A stretch of 64,000 nt of DNA from the human T2T-CHM13v2.0 reference genome, Homo sapiens. A program made the position numbers and the translations under genes. The DNA lies in NCBI RefSeq assembly GCF_009914755.1, contig NC_060927.1; one strand, written 5' to 3'. The notes beneath the pieces were generated by a model. The model ran no database searches. It worked only from the letters and a program-made list of their open reading frames with translations, and was not told where the DNA came from. Shown here piece by piece: positions 51,291 through 64,000 of the stretch (position 1 is its first letter; the number at the start of each line of letters is the position of its first letter).

Positions 51291-51599
51291 AGGAAATATA
51301 ACTTTTAGCTAATTTATTTCACTTAGGAGGTCTTTCACCATTATTCTGCACTGAACATTTCTACTCAAAAGTAATACAGGTATCACTCCTGCCTCTGTGA
51401 TCTAATGGCCTTTTCTATATAGTGCCAGGGTTCCCTTTACCTCATTGACCCCAAACCATAATTTTACTTCCTAAAATTTACTTCTAGACTAGAACTCTTG
51501 GGGAGAGTGAATCATTGGATCTCTGGAGTCTCCATTTCTGAATTATGCAAGAATGGTTTATAAATGATACTAATGAGCACTTACATCCATCAAAAATCA

Positions 51600-52030
51600 T
51601 GATAGGGACTTCATTTAATATGCTATTTAATTTAATGATTACAAAATCTTATGCTTCAGATGCTTTTATTATTTCCATTATACAGATGAGGAAACTCAGG
51701 ATTAGCAGATAATTAGCCTGTCAGTTTCATGCACCTATTAAGTGGCAAGGTTGAGATATAAGCCCTGGATCACCTTATTTTGTGGCTCAAACTCTTAATA
51801 ATTATAAAGACATTGCCTAAAGGATTCATCATATCTAATGAATATTAGATAACTATGTGCAAGGTACTGTAGTAAGTGCTTTATATGTATCTGTTCATTT
51901 AGGCTTCACAGCTCTGAGATAAATATCATTATTATCTCCATTGTACAGATGAGAAAATATGCACAGCACAAAACATATGTTGCCCAAGGCTTATGTCAGT
52001 ATGTGGCAGAGCTAAAATAAAGCCACATGC
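51600..52030 (-). mobile_element. Two tandem MIRs
   Basis: The core ccatt.tacagatgag.aaa occurs twice (~51675 and ~51938). Confidence 0.7.
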
Positions 52031-53264
52031 ATTTCACTTTGCTGCCTTGTGAAGCTCCTACCATCTACATAATGTTTTGATAATAATTTATAACATATGC
52101 TTAATTCATTCACTTTCTTTTAGAAACAAATCTTTCTTTGACAACTCAGTTGCTAAAATACAAGATGCTGGAGCAGCAGACACAGGAAACAGGAAAAATG
52201 CCACTTCTAAAACATGAAGAGCTATATTTCTTCCTCAACAGCCACTGAATCAGTTCCATCCCCTATCATATTTAGCATATTGAATGTCCCACTATATAGT
52301 TGGACAATTGCAGTTCCCAAACATGGCCAAGATGATTTCATCCTCTGCTCTTTTGTCGGAAACTCGGTCTCCTCTTTATACTTGAACATGAAGTCATTGC
52401 AGTAGCCTGCCAATCCTACCCTCTCCTCACTACTTCAGAATTTATAGAATCTCTGTCTTGCATGACCTGGAATAACAACAACTCAGCACCTGCTCTCAAA
52501 GTGTTAAAGTGCCCAATGTTCTCACCAGAAGGAAATTTGCAGCATTCAGACATGTCACCTAGGATGAAAAATAGATTCAGTAAGGTTTTACATTCAAAGT
52601 TCAAAACTAACAAGGTTTGATTACACCCTGGACATCTGCAGCTTCAGCAACTGCAGGAAAGCAGTTGGTAAAATATCATTATGACGGTAATACAAGGTGT
52701 GAGTGGGTAAGAGAAAACCCACAGCATGATGTGGATTTTCTGTACAAATATAACAACACCTTAAGATTACAGAGATTACTCAAAAGAAATACTTTCCTTT
52801 CATTCTTTATTCTTTAATTCAGTAATTCAACATTTATTTGGTACCTATGGTATGTAAGACACTTTTCTAGGTACCAGAAATATGAAGCTGAATAAGATAC
52901 ATTCTTCAAAACCTAGTTCTTTAAAACCTAACATCCTATAGGGAAGAGTGATAGTTAATCATCATACACATTATAAATGCTGTGGTGGACATCTGAACAG
53001 AGAGTTTTGAGGGTTAAAGAATTCAAATAGTGATCAACTCCACTTTACAAAGTCAAAAAAGATAACAGAGGGAATTTCAGAACAGGAGAATTGCATGTAA
53101 GTATGCGTAAAAGTATGAATAAGACTGTGTTCTGAGAATTTTGAGTAGTTTAGTGTACCTGAAGGTTAAGGGCAGGAAGTGAGAGTAGATTAGAGCAAAA
53201 GAGAAATATGATGCCTATTAGTGATGTCAAGGGATATAGAATTGATCTATGCATTTCTTATGTT

Positions 53265-53574
53265 TTCTTTCTTTCTTTTTTTTTTTTTTTTGAGATGAAT
53301 TTCACTCTTGTTGCTCAGCCTGGAGGGCAGTGGTGCAATCTCGGCTCACTGCAACCTCCGCCTCCCGAGTTCAAGCGATTCTCATGCCTCAGCCTCCCGA
53401 GTAGCTGAGATTACAGGCATACGTTACCACGCCCAGCTAATTTTTTATATTTTTAGTAGAAATGGGGTTTCTCCATGTTGGTCAGGCTGGTCTTGGACTC
53501 CTGACCTCAGATGATCCACCTGCCTTAGCCTCCCAGAGTGTTGGGATTACAGGTGTGAACTACCGTGCCTGGCC
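53265..53574 (-). mobile_element. AluS (Sq/Sp-like)
   Basis: Poly-T plus full antisense dimer with ttcactcttgttgc. Confidence 0.95.
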
Positions 53575-55332
53575 AAGGATATACTTATATATTAGTTGTG
53601 TAATAGATATAATCAAACAAATACATATAGAGTAGAATAGTTTAGAAAAGAAGTGAAAGAGCAAAAGGAAGACTACAAAGTATGGCAGACCCTAGACAAA
53701 CCATAAATGAGAATAGACAAATAGAATGTGGTGGAAATTCTGACTTTTTCTAAACGAATATGAGAGTATTCTAAATGTAACCAAAGATAGAAATCAGTGA
53801 GTAGATTACCATAATACCAAAAGTACTTCAAAAAGGAGGAGATTGCAAGGTGGTGGCAGGAGATGGCATGGGGAGGATGCTAAGGGGCTTGGTTGGGTTA
53901 GAGTTGATAAAGGCAGAGTCAAATGGACTGGAGAGGTTTTTGTCTCTTCTTAGGTTGATGTTTCTCCCTTTGCCCTGCATTGCAGGTTGTTTCTTCCTCT
54001 GCCTCACTTAGTTTTGGATAAGTCCAGTATTTTCCTTTTTTCATCCTCAGTGTTACTCTTCTTTCACTTCTCCTGCCTTTATTCTTTTCACCCTAGCTTC
54101 TTTTGTTCTCTAAGGCCCAGTCAAGATGAAGCTTCCCGCAGCCAGCTTCTGTAGCACTTACTTTAAACCTCTCTCATAACATATGGTTTCCTGTGAACTC
54201 CATCAAGGCATAAAAGGTTTTAACTCTATATTTCCCAAACTGGTTTGTGTAGCAAGTCTTCAATACATGTGTGTTCAATGGAAGAAAGGAGGAAGAATAG
54301 GAAAAAGAAAAGAAAGCTTTTTCTCTCACAGCTGATTTTTCTATAGAATTAGAAATTTGATAGCAATATTGATATTAAATTTGAAAGCATTATTTTATAG
54401 CAATAACGCAATTGTATCTTTCCAGTCATCTTACCCCAGACATGTAGGATGTGAATCAGAGGTAATATATTTCTCCTTCTTAAAACAACAACTCCGAGAC
54501 AATATGAGCTTTTTAAAAGAAGGGAACTATCTGAGAAACAAATGAACAAAGAGAAGGGGGATAAAATGGTGAGAAGAGTACTGCTTTGCTCTGGGAATCA
54601 GAAAACCCTACATTTCTGCCTTGACTTTGCACTAAGTAGCTGTCTTGAGTACTGCACTTCATATTTCTGAGTCACAGTTTCTTCTCTTGTAAAATGAGGA
54701 GTTTGGCTCAAAGTTCTCCAAATTGTTTGATTATGTGGCAGAAAGTAAAGAAGAAGAGAGTGCAGAGCTGTGACTCGTCATTTCCGGAGGGAAAGGAAAG
54801 CACAGAGGAATGTGTACTCTTGGTGTCCAGGTTCAGGCCTCCATCCTGATCACTAATTTTTGAGTTTGTCCCTTGAACTTTTACCTGTTTTTCTTTTTAT
54901 GAGACAAAACTTATATTTTAGATTCTGTCTTTGCAGTTTCTCCTCCTTCATACTGAAGCTGGCAATAGAAGACAGTGAGTGAGTAAGAAGTGTCTTAAAC
55001 AAGAATGGCTGGAAACAGAGCTCTCTCCCAGGCAGGGTGGTAATGCCAGCAATTCAAAGAAACTAAGATGTGGCATCACAGGATGTCTCCAGTTTTTGGG
55101 GATCATGGACCCTCATATCTTGGCTTTCAAAAAGTGAATGGTAGGTGGCTGTTGACTGAGGCTTTCTTAGAAACATAATTTCATGAACTACTGGAAAGAG
55201 ACAGGAACTTAGAGTCTACCCAGTGGAAAAAGAATAAATAAATAAATAAATAAATAATGCCCAAGAGCTTAAAAAAATGATAGCAAAGTTTACAAACTTG
55301 CCAGATAAGGGAACATACCACCAGTAAAATAA

Positions 55333-55674
<342 letters not shown>

Positions 55675-57746
55675 AAGGGTCAGGGTTTTTAATGCTAGGA
55701 AGAGGAGGTCCTTGGTGGTTGGGTGAATGAAGGATTGAAAATTAGCACTCTAGATAAGGGAGAAGTGGTCTACAGATCTGTACACAGTTGGGCAAAATGA
55801 GCTCCATTGTCTTCAGTTAGGTTCAATAGAGTCTGGAGTACCCAGATCATTCAAGTCCATGGTCAAATCAGCTCCACTTGATTTGACTCAGTTATGATGA
55901 AACGGTACATAGTTTTGCTATTTTCTAGGTGAGTTTTCACATAAATGCAAAGTTTTCTTTTAATACAATCCAATCCCATCATTTTAGAGATGGGAAAACC
56001 AAGACAAGAAATGGAAAAACACTTGCCTAGTTTGAATGATTCCACATTTGTGTCAGAAATCAGCATTATTTTATCTTTGATGCTTGCCTGTTACTTGAGC
56101 TTGATAACTTTACAGCCCTGCCTCAGTTGAAGTCTTACCTCCTTTGTAAAAGGGGAACCTAGTTTGTAGTCTCCTTTTGTAATTTCAAGGGAATATAGAA
56201 TTGCAAATAAAAATGAAGTGGGCTGCTACAGAAAACAGTGAGACTCCGAATTATCTAGGTTACTTAAAGAATAGCAAGACAACCACGTAGTAGGGCCACT
56301 AGAGGGAAATATCAAGCTTCAAATGGGCGACTGGACAATGTGCCCTTTAAAGTGACTTCTAATTCTAATGTACAATGGTAGAGGAACCATGAGTATTGTA
56401 TCGTTACCCTCACTGTCTTCTCTTCTACCATAAACATCTTGAGAGAAGAAATAATGTCTTATTTACAGTTCCCTGAAATGTAGCAGGTGTCCAATAATAC
56501 CTGTTAAATAACAGAATGAACATAAAAACTGTGAAGCAAACAGTTGGAGATCCTTTGGAAGGACATCTGTCAAGACTAGACTATGTTATGGCTCTTTATT
56601 TCCCTTTCATTTCAAAGAAGCTCTCAAAGTAATGTGATCTGAAAGAAAAAAAAAAAACAGCTAGCAACTTGCTCATCTATTACAGCTTTGTAATTCTGTT
56701 AGAGGAGAAGTGAAGCAATGGTTATATTAAAAAGCCCAGAAATAAGCTTCAATACTTGGCTCCTTCAAAGGATTTTGGGGTTGGGGGATTGAGTTTAAAG
56801 AAATTGGTTCTGAGGAAAATGCACTAAAATTAAAATCTTCAAGTTATAAAATGCCTTAGAGATAATATTGTCTTCCTCCATTTTAGAAATGAATAACTCG
56901 AGATGTCCAGGTGAAATACAATTTAACTAAAGTCTCCACATTTCTAGGTCTTACAAATTCAGAAATGTTAGCAGTGAATATGAGTACAGGATATAATCCT
57001 TCCTAAGATAAGAAAGATTTATACCCTTCTTTAGTGCCTGGGGAAAGCTCCTTGATTATAAACAGACAGTTGGTTGCTGAAGAGGATGCAGTTCACACAC
57101 ACTTCTGACACTGAGCTTATTCACTACAATACCTCTGTGTCCTAGAAACAGCTGTTTCATCTCCTCTGGCTCTGAGGCTACTTCCTGACCTATCGTCTCT
57201 CAAAATCCACCTGAGTTCTTATCACTGTACCCTTTTGCTAGTAAAGATGTGGCTACTGATAGGGGTCAATGCTGCAGGGGTTTATGGCCAGAAAGATTGG
57301 TAAGGGAGCTGATAAAAAACCTGATATCCACTGTGACAGTATCTGGCTTCACCAGTCACACTCTAGGACCTAGCCAAAAGCAAATACGTTGTTGTTTATG
57401 TAAATGGTTGCTGAAGAGGTCCTGGCAGGATTTTTGTTTATAGCAGGTGAATCTATCTCCACATGCTTATTAGGGAGTTAAAGCTGTTTCCTGTACCACC
57501 TTATTCTTTCCTGAATTAAGAATCTCAAAACACTAGACCCACAAGATGATTTACAGGTCATCTTGTATTCATTCCTCACTTTACAATGGCAGCGACTAAG
57601 TCCCAGAGAGGGGAAGTAAACTGCTTGATTCACAACATGAAGCAGTGACAGATGGGATTTTGGGACTCCTGGAATATCTTCCACCATACTCTTCTAATTT
57701 CATCAACACATAGAATGACAGAGTGGCCAGCATTCAAATCTACCTT

Positions 57747-58053
57747 TTTTTTTTTTTTTTTTTTTTTTTTTTGAGACAGAGTCTCACTCTGTCGCCCAGG
57801 CTGGAGTGCAATGGCATGAACTGGTTCACTGCAACCTCCGTTTCCCAGGTTCAAGCGATTCTCCTGCCTCAGCCTCCTGAGTAGCTGGGATTACAGGCAC
57901 GTGCCACACTGCCCAGCTAATTTTTGTATTTTTAGTAGAGATGGGGTTGCATCATGTTGGTCAGGCTAGTCTCAAACTCCTGACCTCTGGTGATCTGCCT
58001 ACCTTGGCCTCCCAAAGTGCTAGAATTACAGATGTGAGCCACCATGCCCAGCC
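57747..58053 (-). mobile_element. AluS
   Basis: TSD CAAATCTACCTT at 57735-57746 and 58054-58065. Confidence 0.95.
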
Positions 58054-59691
58054 CAAATCTACCTTCTTATAGGTGGAGAAACTGAGACCCTGAGGTTCAT
58101 TTCACATGTATAAGGCAATACACATACTTAGTTGTAGAATTTGTTCTACAACAAAAATTCTTCACCTAAAGAATTTGGGGTCCATTGTTGAGCTACTGGG
58201 GATTTCTTGAATCGTGTATTGGGAGTGTGCCAAAATTGTGTGCAAATATGTTCATTTTTCTGAGTATATAAATTGTATTAGGTATTCAAAAGGGTCATGC
58301 CTCAAAAAAAGGATAGGTAACATTGGTCTATGTCCTAGATTACTGCTCATTGTGGCAGTTATGATGTATATTTTTAAATGTCTTAAGGCCATACATAAGA
58401 GGAGTTTCTGTCTTGACTTGTTGGGAAACTAGCAGTTCATCTCTTTGCTAAAGTAGTGTTTATACTGAATGGTCCACTTGAAATATCATTAGTCACTTTA
58501 TAGGACAGGTAATGGCAGGAGAGGAGGGTGAATATTGAGAACAATGAGGCAGATTTTTGAACTTTTATATATTGTGTCTTAACAGGGAAAGTCCTTGGGG
58601 TTTTAACCTCCAAGGTAATGGATATCTTTGCCTCCTTCCCTCTACCTCTCTGCTCCTCCTGCCACACTGAAGGTCCCAAACAATTAAATTTTTGGACTTT
58701 GAATAAGATGACATGGGTTTAAACTCATACTCAGCTACTTGCTAGTTTTGTGGCCTTGGGAAAATCGCTTTTTCTTTTCAGACTTCCAATCTCCTGGTAA
58801 ACCTTTTCAGTAGAATGTAATATCATGCTTTCTACTAGGTGGGAAAAATCATCTACAAATGAAGAACCCAACAAACAATCTGTAGAGTAAGTAGAACATG
58901 GACTTATTTAATCTGCACATCTCCATCTCTTCTCAGGCTGATGGGGTCCAGGCTCTTTAGGAATCCAGGATCCTGGCCCTGATAGTAACTTAGTGTTTGG
59001 CACTCAGCCAGACACTCTCCTACTCCCCCCAACTCAGGACGTCTATTTCTTTATCTGAAACTTGAGCTGGTTAAAACAAGTAATTCCTTCTTTCTTTCTA
59101 GCTCTAAAATTCTGTGGTCTCTCCAGCTGTCACTGAGGTCTCATGTGGATCTGCTGAAATCATTGTCATTCTATGATTGCCCCACAGCTACATTTTGAAG
59201 AACTTCCTATAGACACATTTATTTGAATTGGTCCTGGGTGATACCTGGCAGCTCAAGAACTGAGTGGCTCAAGAAGGAAAACCCAAACCCCGGTAGAATA
59301 AGGAGAAATGAGGAATGATGATTTTGGCCTGTTATTTACATGCTTAGCTGTTTTGTTCCTCATTCAATGTGGGTATCACTCATTTTTATAGAATCCTTCT
59401 ATTAATGCAATTTCTGATCATTACTGGATTATTTTAGAGGCACATTACCTTCTTTGTGACCTTTGCCTTTTCAGTTAGACTTGGAACATATTTCCACATG
59501 TTTGGAGTTTGTCCTGAAGATGCTTTTTTGACTGGACTCCTGAACCCAATGTGTTACATAATAGAAAACTGGAGTTGTCACTCTCAGGAACTGCTCCACC
59601 AGAACAAGCACGATATAGAGTGATTTAAATTATTCACAGTATATTTAACCTTCTTCACTACTGCCAGAGATTTAGAAAGGTAATTGATTGT

Positions 59692-60015
59692 GGCTCGGTG
59701 CAGTGGCTCACACCTGTAATCCCAGCACTTTGCAAAGGCTGAGGCTGGTTGATCACCTGAGATCAGGGAGTTTGAGACCATCCTGGCCAACATGGTGAAA
59801 CCCTGTCTCTATTAAAAATACAAAAATTAGCCGGGCGTGGTGGTGCACGCCTGTAATCCCAGCTACTCGGGAGGCTGACACAGGAGAATCTCTTCAACCC
59901 GGGAGGTGGAGGTTACAGTGAGCTGAGATCATGCCACTGCACTCCAGCCTGGGTGATAGAATGAGACTCCATCTCAAAAAAAAAAAAAAAAAAAAAGAAA
60001 AAGAAAAAGAAAAGA
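59692..60015 (+). mobile_element. AluS
   Basis: TSD AGAAAGGTAATTGA(T/C)TGT at 59674-59691 and 60016-60033. Confidence 0.95.
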
Positions 60016-60044
60016 AGAAAGGTAATTGACTGTGTATGGCAATT

Positions 60045-60265
60045 CAGGATTTCTCAACCTGGGCAATTGACATTTTGAACTGAACAATATTTTGTTGTGG
60101 GAAGTTGTCATATGCATTTGTAAGGTGTTTAGGAACATCTCTGGCCTCTTTCCATTAGATGCCAATATGACACTTCTGCTTCCCAAGCTGTGTCAACCAC
60201 ATATGTCTCAAGATATTTCCAAATGTTTCTTGGGGGCCAAAATTGCCTCTGGTTAAGAAACGCTG
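60045..60265 (+). mobile_element. MER20 hAT-Charlie element
   Basis: CAGGATTTCTCAACC...ccattagatgcc...GGTTAAGAAACGCTG, ~220 bp. Confidence 0.85.
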
Positions 60266-60917
60266 CTTTAAATAATCAGTTTTCCTGTTTAAGCTTCAGG
60301 GTTCCTATCTGTAAAAGGAAAGCATGTTTCTCACACTAGCTGTGTAAGAGTCTATACTACAGTCCTCTGGTATCTACAGCACTAGATGTTTCCTTCTAAA
60401 GACCATTCTCTTTTGTTTTTCTGTTGTTGTCCTTTGGGTTTCTGTTGTTATTTACTATAGAAATAGGCCAGTTAAAAAAACTAAGTGACTAATAGAAACA
60501 TAGAATATCGTACCTAGAACCATTCAAATAGATCATCTTGCCCAAGTCAATTATGTTCAAGGCAAGTGTGCTTTTCAAGATCAAGCTTGTTAATGTCAGG
60601 ACTGAAATATAGATTTCTTCATCATTTCTTTCTGACACAATTCAATGCTTTTCTTTTATTGCTACGGGTTGTCATCTTCGGAAGCACCTATAATCTTACC
60701 TTAATAACATTATTTCTAGCACTCTCTATTATTTTATTGATAAACAGCAACTGTGAGGTAACACTGATGTGACTGAATATGTAACAAACTTACCTGAGTT
60801 TACCTCTACACACCAGTATTCTCTTCTTAAAAGTTATTTCCATATGAACTTGACATTCACTTGAACAAATACAAAATACTTTTGAAACAGCTTTAGATTT
60901 TGTGTTAGAATATGTGC

Positions 60918-61100
60918 CTCTTGTTTTCCTTCTTTTTTCTTTTATTTTCTCCTCTTTCCCTCTGTTCTCTATTTCTTTCTTCTTTTCATCCCTTCTTTAT
61001 TTCTTTTACCTTTTTATTTCCATCTCGTCTTCTTTCCTTTTTTCTTCTTCCTCTCTTCTCCTTTTCATCCTTCCCCTTCCTCCCTCCCCACTTTTATTTA
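60918..61100. repeat. CT-rich low-complexity polypyrimidine tract
   Basis: Read directly. Confidence 0.9.
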
Positions 61101-62369
61101 CTATGTGTTACACCTCATTACAAAAGGAATGTGGCATAACTTACAATTAATAGGCTAAAAATAGGCAGTAATCACAGTGAAAAAATATAGCCTTTCCACA
61201 TTCCACAAATGAAAAGAAATTCTACATTATTTAATAACTATAAAAATTATATATAAATGCATTTTATTTTTGGACTTGGGAGAGAAGAAAAGACTCTATG
61301 AACAACTGAGCAATAGGGGGAAACAGGATGGTCATCACAGAATCATTGATTCAGAGACAATCCAGAACTGTGAAAAGTGAAGATACGGAGATGTTGCGAG
61401 CAATGACCTGTCAAAAGCTGCTCACAGCTATGAGTGGCCAATCTGTTTACTGAACTCCTTCTCAAAACGTGTCTTTTCTCTCTCCTTCAGGCAGATCTAG
61501 CATGGATTAAATCACTGTGGAGCCAGCCAGTAGCAAGTGTATTCAAATCTATTTAATATGGTCTTAATACCCGTACAAGAGAGTCATGTCCTGTAAATGG
61601 ACGCGTATTATGAAAATCTTTAGAAAAGGGTACATCTGAACCTTTCCTGCCAGCACCCCCTCAAACAAAAATCAGTGTTTTCAGGAGAATAACTATGTTA
61701 CAGGTGCTTGTTACCTACAACCTTTGGCTTATATCTTATCTCAAGCATCTACTCCGTTATGTGGCTTCATCAATAAAATAATTGAAATAGATAGGATGAC
61801 TGTTTCTTTGACTCCAGAATTTCATATCTTATACTATTTAAGGAAAGGTGATTAATGAAAACAAAGTGATTTATAAAGTACATACATTTTAGAATTTAAA
61901 CTAATTCTTCCAATTGCTTGCACTAATCCATTGAAGGTTAGCTACTCTTCCCTACGTTCGTATTCTGCAGAATGATTTCAGATTGAGGAACAGACACCCA
62001 AGAAAATGTTTTCCCCCAAATACACATTAATTAAAACCAAGGGAGAAGAGAACAAGGTGTGACAGCTTTTCTGTGTGAATTAAGCTGGGTAAAATACCTG
62101 AACCATGAATCTTTATTTGTGGAATGATAATAGCTAAATCCAAATAGGGTTTTGCACCAACAAATTATTCTACAAATCATGGAGTGCTTCGTATACTAAA
62201 AAAAGGAGTTATTGAACGGAATTTGGATGGGGACGATTATTCTGAATTTGTGCTACTCTAAAAGGTAAGAAAATTATGGTAGATATTAGGCCTTATGTTT
62301 TGCCTATTTGAATATATACGGCTATAGTAAAATGGAAAGCAGTAGAGGTAGAGGTAAATAAAACAATCT

Positions 62370-62560
62370 GGACTTAGGGTAAATGATAGCTCTCTGATCA
62401 TTAGATGTGCATTTGGAGCAGATTAACTCACGGTGCCTGGTGTTCTCATTTCTAAAATGTAGGTGGTGATAACAAAGATAATATATGCCTACCTCACAAG
62501 GTCGTTGTGAAGGTTCAGTGAGTGAATAGATGAAGATGATTTTAAAAAGTTTCTGACACC
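62370..62560 (+). mobile_element. MIR
   Basis: ttctcatttctaaaatg...cctacctcacaaggtcgttgtgaagg. Confidence 0.65.
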
Positions 62561-62799
62561 TCAACAACACCGTTTTAGTGTTATCTTTTATTACATGGCC
62601 ATATTGTTTTATGCATTCAAAAGATGTACATGAAATTATCTAAACTATCTGAGGTTTAAGAGGTATAGCTCAGAGTGCCATGGACTATAATAAAGTATGT
62701 TGGTGTTATTTCTTCCAGACTATTAAAGAGCGGAACAGAAATGTGACTAAGATCAACCCAATAGTATATCCTTCACTTCCTTTGAATATAGTTTTCTCA

Positions 62800-63423
62800 T
62801 TTTACATAAGCTTTTAATCTTAGAACAGTATACAATTTACAGAAAATTTGGAATGATAGTCAAAGGAGTTTCCACATAACCCACACCCAGTTTTTCCTAT
62901 CACTAACATCATACATTATTATGGTATATTTGCCACAACGAATGAACTAATAGTGATACATTATTTTTAACTAAAGTTCATGCTTTATTCAATTTTTCTT
63001 TGTTTCACCTAAGTGTATTTTGCTGTTCCAAGACCTTATTCAGAATACCACGCTGTATTTAGCCATCATGTTGCCTTAGGTTCCCCTTGGCTGTGATATT
63101 TTCTCATACTTTTCTTGGTTTTGGTAACCTTGACTGTCTTAAGGCATGCTGTTCAGAAATTTAATAGAATGCCCCTTAATTAGACTTTGCATTTTTTAAT
63201 GATAAACCTGGGTTTATGTTCTTTGGGGAGGAAGACCATGCAGGTAAAGTGCCATTTTCAACACATTATATTAAGGGTACATACTATCAACATGAATTTT
63301 CACTGTTGATGGTAATACTGATCACCTGGCTGAGTCATGTTTGTTAGGTTTTTTCACTTTGAGGTTAACTCTTTTTTCCTCTTTTTCCATGCCATACTCT
63401 TTGAAAGGAGGCCAGTATTTACA

Positions 63424-63467
<44 letters not shown>

Positions 63468-64000
63468 AGACAGAGTCTCGCTCTGTCTCCTAGCCTGGAG
63501 TGCAGTGGCGTGATCTTGGCTCACTGCAACCTCCAACTCCTGGTTTCAAGTGATTCTCCTGCCTCAGCCTCCTGAGTAGCTGGGATTACACACGCCCGCC
63601 ACCACACCTGGCTAAGTTTTGTATTTTTAGTAGAGATGGGGTTTCACCATGTTGGACCAGGCTGGTCTTGAACTCCTCAGGTGACCTGCCCACCTTGACA
63701 GCCTATTCTTTAAGAGTGGAGAGTTATTTTCTATCTTCTTGAGGGTAGAATATCTACCTAAATTATTTGGAATTTTTCTGCATGGGAGACGTCTTTTTTC
63801 TCACTTTTGTTAATGTATCTGAATATTTATTTATATCATTATAAACTCATGGATAGTTATGTTATACATTGGAATATAATTAAATACTACTTTATTTCCT
63901 CGCTCCATTGCTCCAGTTTTGGCCATTGAAAGCTCTTTCAGTTAGTTCCTGTGTCCCTTTGATATACTCATATTATTTTGAGCATGGTTTTAAATTTTTT
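62800..64000 (-). mobile_element. L1MC/MD-type 3'UTR (antisense), interrupted by an Alu
   Basis: tttacagaaaatt...gagtttccacataacccacacccagttttt; gaggaagaccatgcaggtaaagtgccattt; similar to the sense copy at ~26900-27720. Confidence 0.75.
63427..63697 (-). mobile_element. 5'-truncated AluS with uninterrupted T40 tail
   Basis: T run at 63427-63466; ACAGCCT flanks both ends. Confidence 0.93.

Noticed and set aside
58131-58152. 9-bp-stem hairpin GTTGTAGAA-TTTG-TTCTACAAC (a similar 7-bp stem lies at ~10916-10934)
   Set aside because: Isolated short AT-rich inverted repeats are expected by chance in 64 kb.
60902-61150. Hydrophobic F/S/L-rich ORFs resembling membrane peptides
   Set aside because: Translation of the CT-rich low-complexity tract.

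Overview
Human (or great-ape) genomic DNA at the 5' end of TP63. Positions 1-268 hold the TA-isoform promoter and exon 1, which encodes [20 protein letters not shown](R), the N-terminus of TA*p63. The rest is the first ~64 kb of the very long intron 1; exon 2 is not in the window. The intron is AT-rich and dense in repeats: Alus, L1PA/PB/MA/MC/ME remnants, a two-LTR THE1 element, MLT/MST LTRs, Tigger3, MER1/5/20/58/63, MIR and L2. None of the supplied ORFs looks like a real gene, and I found no multi-gene novel system. The most interesting signals are small: (i) a 5'-UTR base (149) that decides whether an out-of-frame uAUG overlaps the TA* start; (ii) an L1 3' transduction inside a four-layer nest of repeats; (iii) a tailless tRNA-Lys 5'-half retrocopy; (iv) a perfect 88-bp duplication with a fold-back junction; (v) a YAG|GTGAGT recursive-splice-like site; (vi) a sense-oriented THE1 whose two LTRs kept complementary motifs. 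Repeat subfamily calls come from remembered consensus sequences, and boundaries of old repeats are approximate.
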